Assembly (NCBI RefSeq): GCF_004010195.1
Contig: NC_057720.1
Span: 28,963,354-29,027,353, forward strand
Source: Chiloscyllium plagiosum
Lineage: Eukaryota
Length of the DNA: 64,000 bases
Reading direction: 5' to 3'
The notes under the pieces were generated by a model. It did no database searches and had not been told where the DNA came from. It was given only the letters and a program-made list of their open reading frames with translations. Made by a program: the position numbers and the translations under genes. Position 1 is the stretch's first letter, and every line of letters begins with the position of its first letter. Positions 61,335-64,000 of this stretch are shown here, piece by piece.

Positions 61335-61600
61335 TCAGGGAAGTTGTGAGAGGAAATGAGGAAGATGAAGAGGGGGACTGTGAAAGAAAGTGGAGAGGGG
61401 GGTTGGGAATGGGGTTGTGGGGGGGCTTGGAAAGTTGGGAGAGGGGTTTGGGTTGGGCTTTGGGAGATGGAGTGGGAAAATGGGAAGAGTTGGGAGAGGT
61501 GACAGGGAGGGGTGGGTTTGTATGAGAAAGGGCATTAGGATGAAGGGGTAGGATGGAGAATGTTGGAAGGGAATAAGGTTGAGACCGAAGGTGTTGCTTA
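61335..61600 (+). repeat. Purine/G-rich low-complexity tract
   Basis: Almost no C on the + strand and many GGG runs. Confidence 0.7.
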
Positions 61601-62034
61601 GGTATTTAAATATGGAATGTATGCTATGGCTGATCAAATAACTATTCCAGTTGTCACTCTGACTCCTGTATAATCACACAGAAAATCTTAATGGAGCAGC
61701 TCCAAGGATTTCCCTCCTTTTTCAGACCCACACATCTGCAAAACCTCTCTTTCATCGGCCATTGAAAATACAGCACAATATCACTCTAACTTGTACAATG
61801 TACAGAAGACCCACATCTGAGCAGCACTTCCTGGATTCTGAGTCAGAAAGTTACCGCCAGTCTAGAGACTTAAGCGCATAGCTTCAAATGGCATTTCAAT
61901 ATAGAGGTGAGGTGCCACTTCTCAAACAAGGTGTTAAGTATAGGTCTCAAATGGATATATAGGACCTCTTGGGATAACATGAAGAATTGATGAATTCTCC
62001 CAGTATATCCAAGCCAATATTTTTTAATTTTGTT

Positions 62035-62870
62035 TTTGGGCCAATGGGCTGAGGAGAGGTTAATGGAGTTTAATTTAGATAAATTAGAGGTGCTGCACTT
62101 CGGAAAGGCAAATCAGAGCAGGACCTATGCACTTAATGGGAAAGTCCTGGGGAGTGTTGCTGAACAAAGAGACCTTGGAGTGCAGGTTCATAGTTCCTTG
62201 AAAGTAGAATTGAAGATAGGTAGGATAGTGTAGAAGGCGCTAGGTATGCTTTCCTTTATTGGACAGAGCATTGAGTACAGGAGTTGGGACGTCATGTTGC
62301 TGCTGTACAGGACATTGTTTAGGCCACTTTTGGAACATTGTGTGCAATTCTGGTCTTCCTTCTATTGGAAAAATGTTGTAAAACTTGTAAGGGTTCAGAA
62401 AAGATTTACAAGGACGTTGCCAGGGTTGGAGGATTTGAGCTATAGGGAGAGGCTGGATTGGCTGGGGCTGTTTTCCTTAGAGCTTCGGAGGCTGAGGGGT
62501 GACCTTATAGAGGTTTATAAAATCATGGGGGGCATGGATAGGATAAATAGACAATGTCTTATTTCCCTGGGGTGGAGAAGTCCAGAACTAGAGGGCATAG
62601 GTTCAGGGTGAGAGGGGAAAGATATAAAAGGGACCACAGGGGCAACTTTTTCACACAGAGGATGGTGCGTGTATGGAATGAGATGCGAGAGGAAGTGGTG
62701 GAGGTTGGTTCAATTAGAACATTTAAAAGGCATCTGGATTGGTATATGAATAGAAAGGGTTTAGAGAGATATGGGAATGCTGGCAAATGGGACTAAATTA
62801 AGTTAGGATATTTGGTTGGCTTGGATGAGTTGGACCAAGTTTCCGTGCTGTACATCTCTATTGCTCTACA
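62035..62870 (+). mobile_element. CR1 3' fragment
   Basis: LHFGKAN..QRDLGVQV, LYRTLFRPLLEHCVQFWS and FTQRMVRVWNE. Confidence 0.92.
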
Positions 62871-63552
62871 TTGTTTCATGGGGCGTGGATGACTTTTATT
62901 GGCCATCCTCAGTCGCCTTCAAGAAAAGAATGGTGAGTTGCCACTATGAACCACTGCAGTCCTTGGTGTCTAACCCATAGCATTTTTAGGAAAGGAGCTG
63001 CAGGACTTTGACCCCTTGACAATGAGGTGCAGCGATGTAAGTCTTGAATGAAAACTTGCTAGTAGTGGTGTTCCCATATATCGGCTGCTCTTCGCCTTTC
63101 AGGTGGTGGAGATCACATGTTTGGAAGCTGCTATCAAAGGAACTTTGGTGAATTGCTGCAGTATATATTAGACAGTACACACCACTGCCACTGTGCGTTG
63201 GGAATGAAAAGTGAGAATATTAAAGACGGTGACAGTCAAGCAAGCTGCTTTGACCTTGTTGCTGTCAAGCTTCATGAGTGTCGTTGGAGTTACAATCTTC
63301 CAGGCATCGGGACAGAAGTAATCACATGCCTGATCTTTACCTGCAGATGGTGGACTAGCTTTGGGGAAACGGAGGAGAATTACCTACGTTGATTTGTTAC
63401 AATTTCTGGGCAATATTGATAGTTGGAAATTCTGCCAGGTTGTTTGTTGGTGATCAAGGGGAGATGGTTAGATTGCCCCTTGTTGGAGGTGGTCACTGCC
63501 TGGCACTTAAGTGGTACAAATATTACTTGCCATTTATCAGCTCAAGCCTTAA

Positions 63553-64000
63553 GATTCAAAAACAGAAATTGCTGGAAAAGCTCAGCAGTTCTTGCAGAAT
63601 CTGTGAAGAGAAATCAGAGTTAACGTTTTGGGTCCGCTGACCCTTCCTCAGAACTGATGATAGCTAGGAATTTGTTTTTTATGCAGAAGATGAGGTGGAA
63701 GAAGGGGATAGGGAGTAAATGAAAGGTGGTGATAGAGCCTAAAGAGAGAAAATAATATTTGGACAGACAAAGGAGTGGGGGTACGGCTAGGAGGGTGATG
63801 TTAATGGAGACTGTTCGTGGCTGACAATATGTTTTGTGTACTTTCAGAATGTGTGATCACAGGGCCTGGTGTGTGGGGGGGTGGGGGCTGGGTTATTGAG
63901 ATTTCAAGCCCTAAAGTTATTTAACCTAATATTGAGTGAAGGCTGTAGGGTCCCCAAGCAGAAAATGAGGTGTTGTTCTTCCAGCTTACACTGAGCCTCG
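63553..64000 (-). mobile_element. Penelope-like 3' end, running off the window
   Basis: Terminal repeat AAAAACAGAAATTGCTGGAAAAGCTCAGCAG with a hammerhead-like motif at ~63622-63652. 63910-64000 resembles 14055-14140. Confidence 0.7.

Overview
This is eukaryotic DNA, almost certainly from a cartilaginous fish, judged by HE1/V-SINEs, CR1 LINEs and shark-type Penelope repeats. It has three N gaps (17304-17850, 27043-27165, 54997-55061). The window holds one complete protein-coding gene, the PIF1 5'-3' DNA helicase, on the + strand. I read 12 coding exons from 31467 to 59159, all GT-AG and in phase, giving 1935 nt or 644 aa. A putative non-coding first exon lies near 21.5-21.8 kb behind a CCAAT/CCAAT/CDE-CHR cell-cycle promoter, and three AATAAA signals sit at 59.4 kb. 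Most other sequence is retroelement debris, often nested with readable target-site duplications (TSDs): CR1, Tx1-like, Rex1/Babar-like, Penelope-like elements (PLEs), a solo LTR and SINEs. Main leads: (1) an unexplained head-to-tail array of about six diverged ~1-kb units at 4.2-12.6 kb; (2) many minimal hammerhead-ribozyme motifs in PLE termini, including fold-back copies flanking PIF1's start-codon exon; (3) a young CRE-rich 74-bp minisatellite between inverted PLE ends with a 15-bp TSD. Exon boundaries were read base by base; repeat boundaries are approximate and family names come from motif recognition, not database searches.
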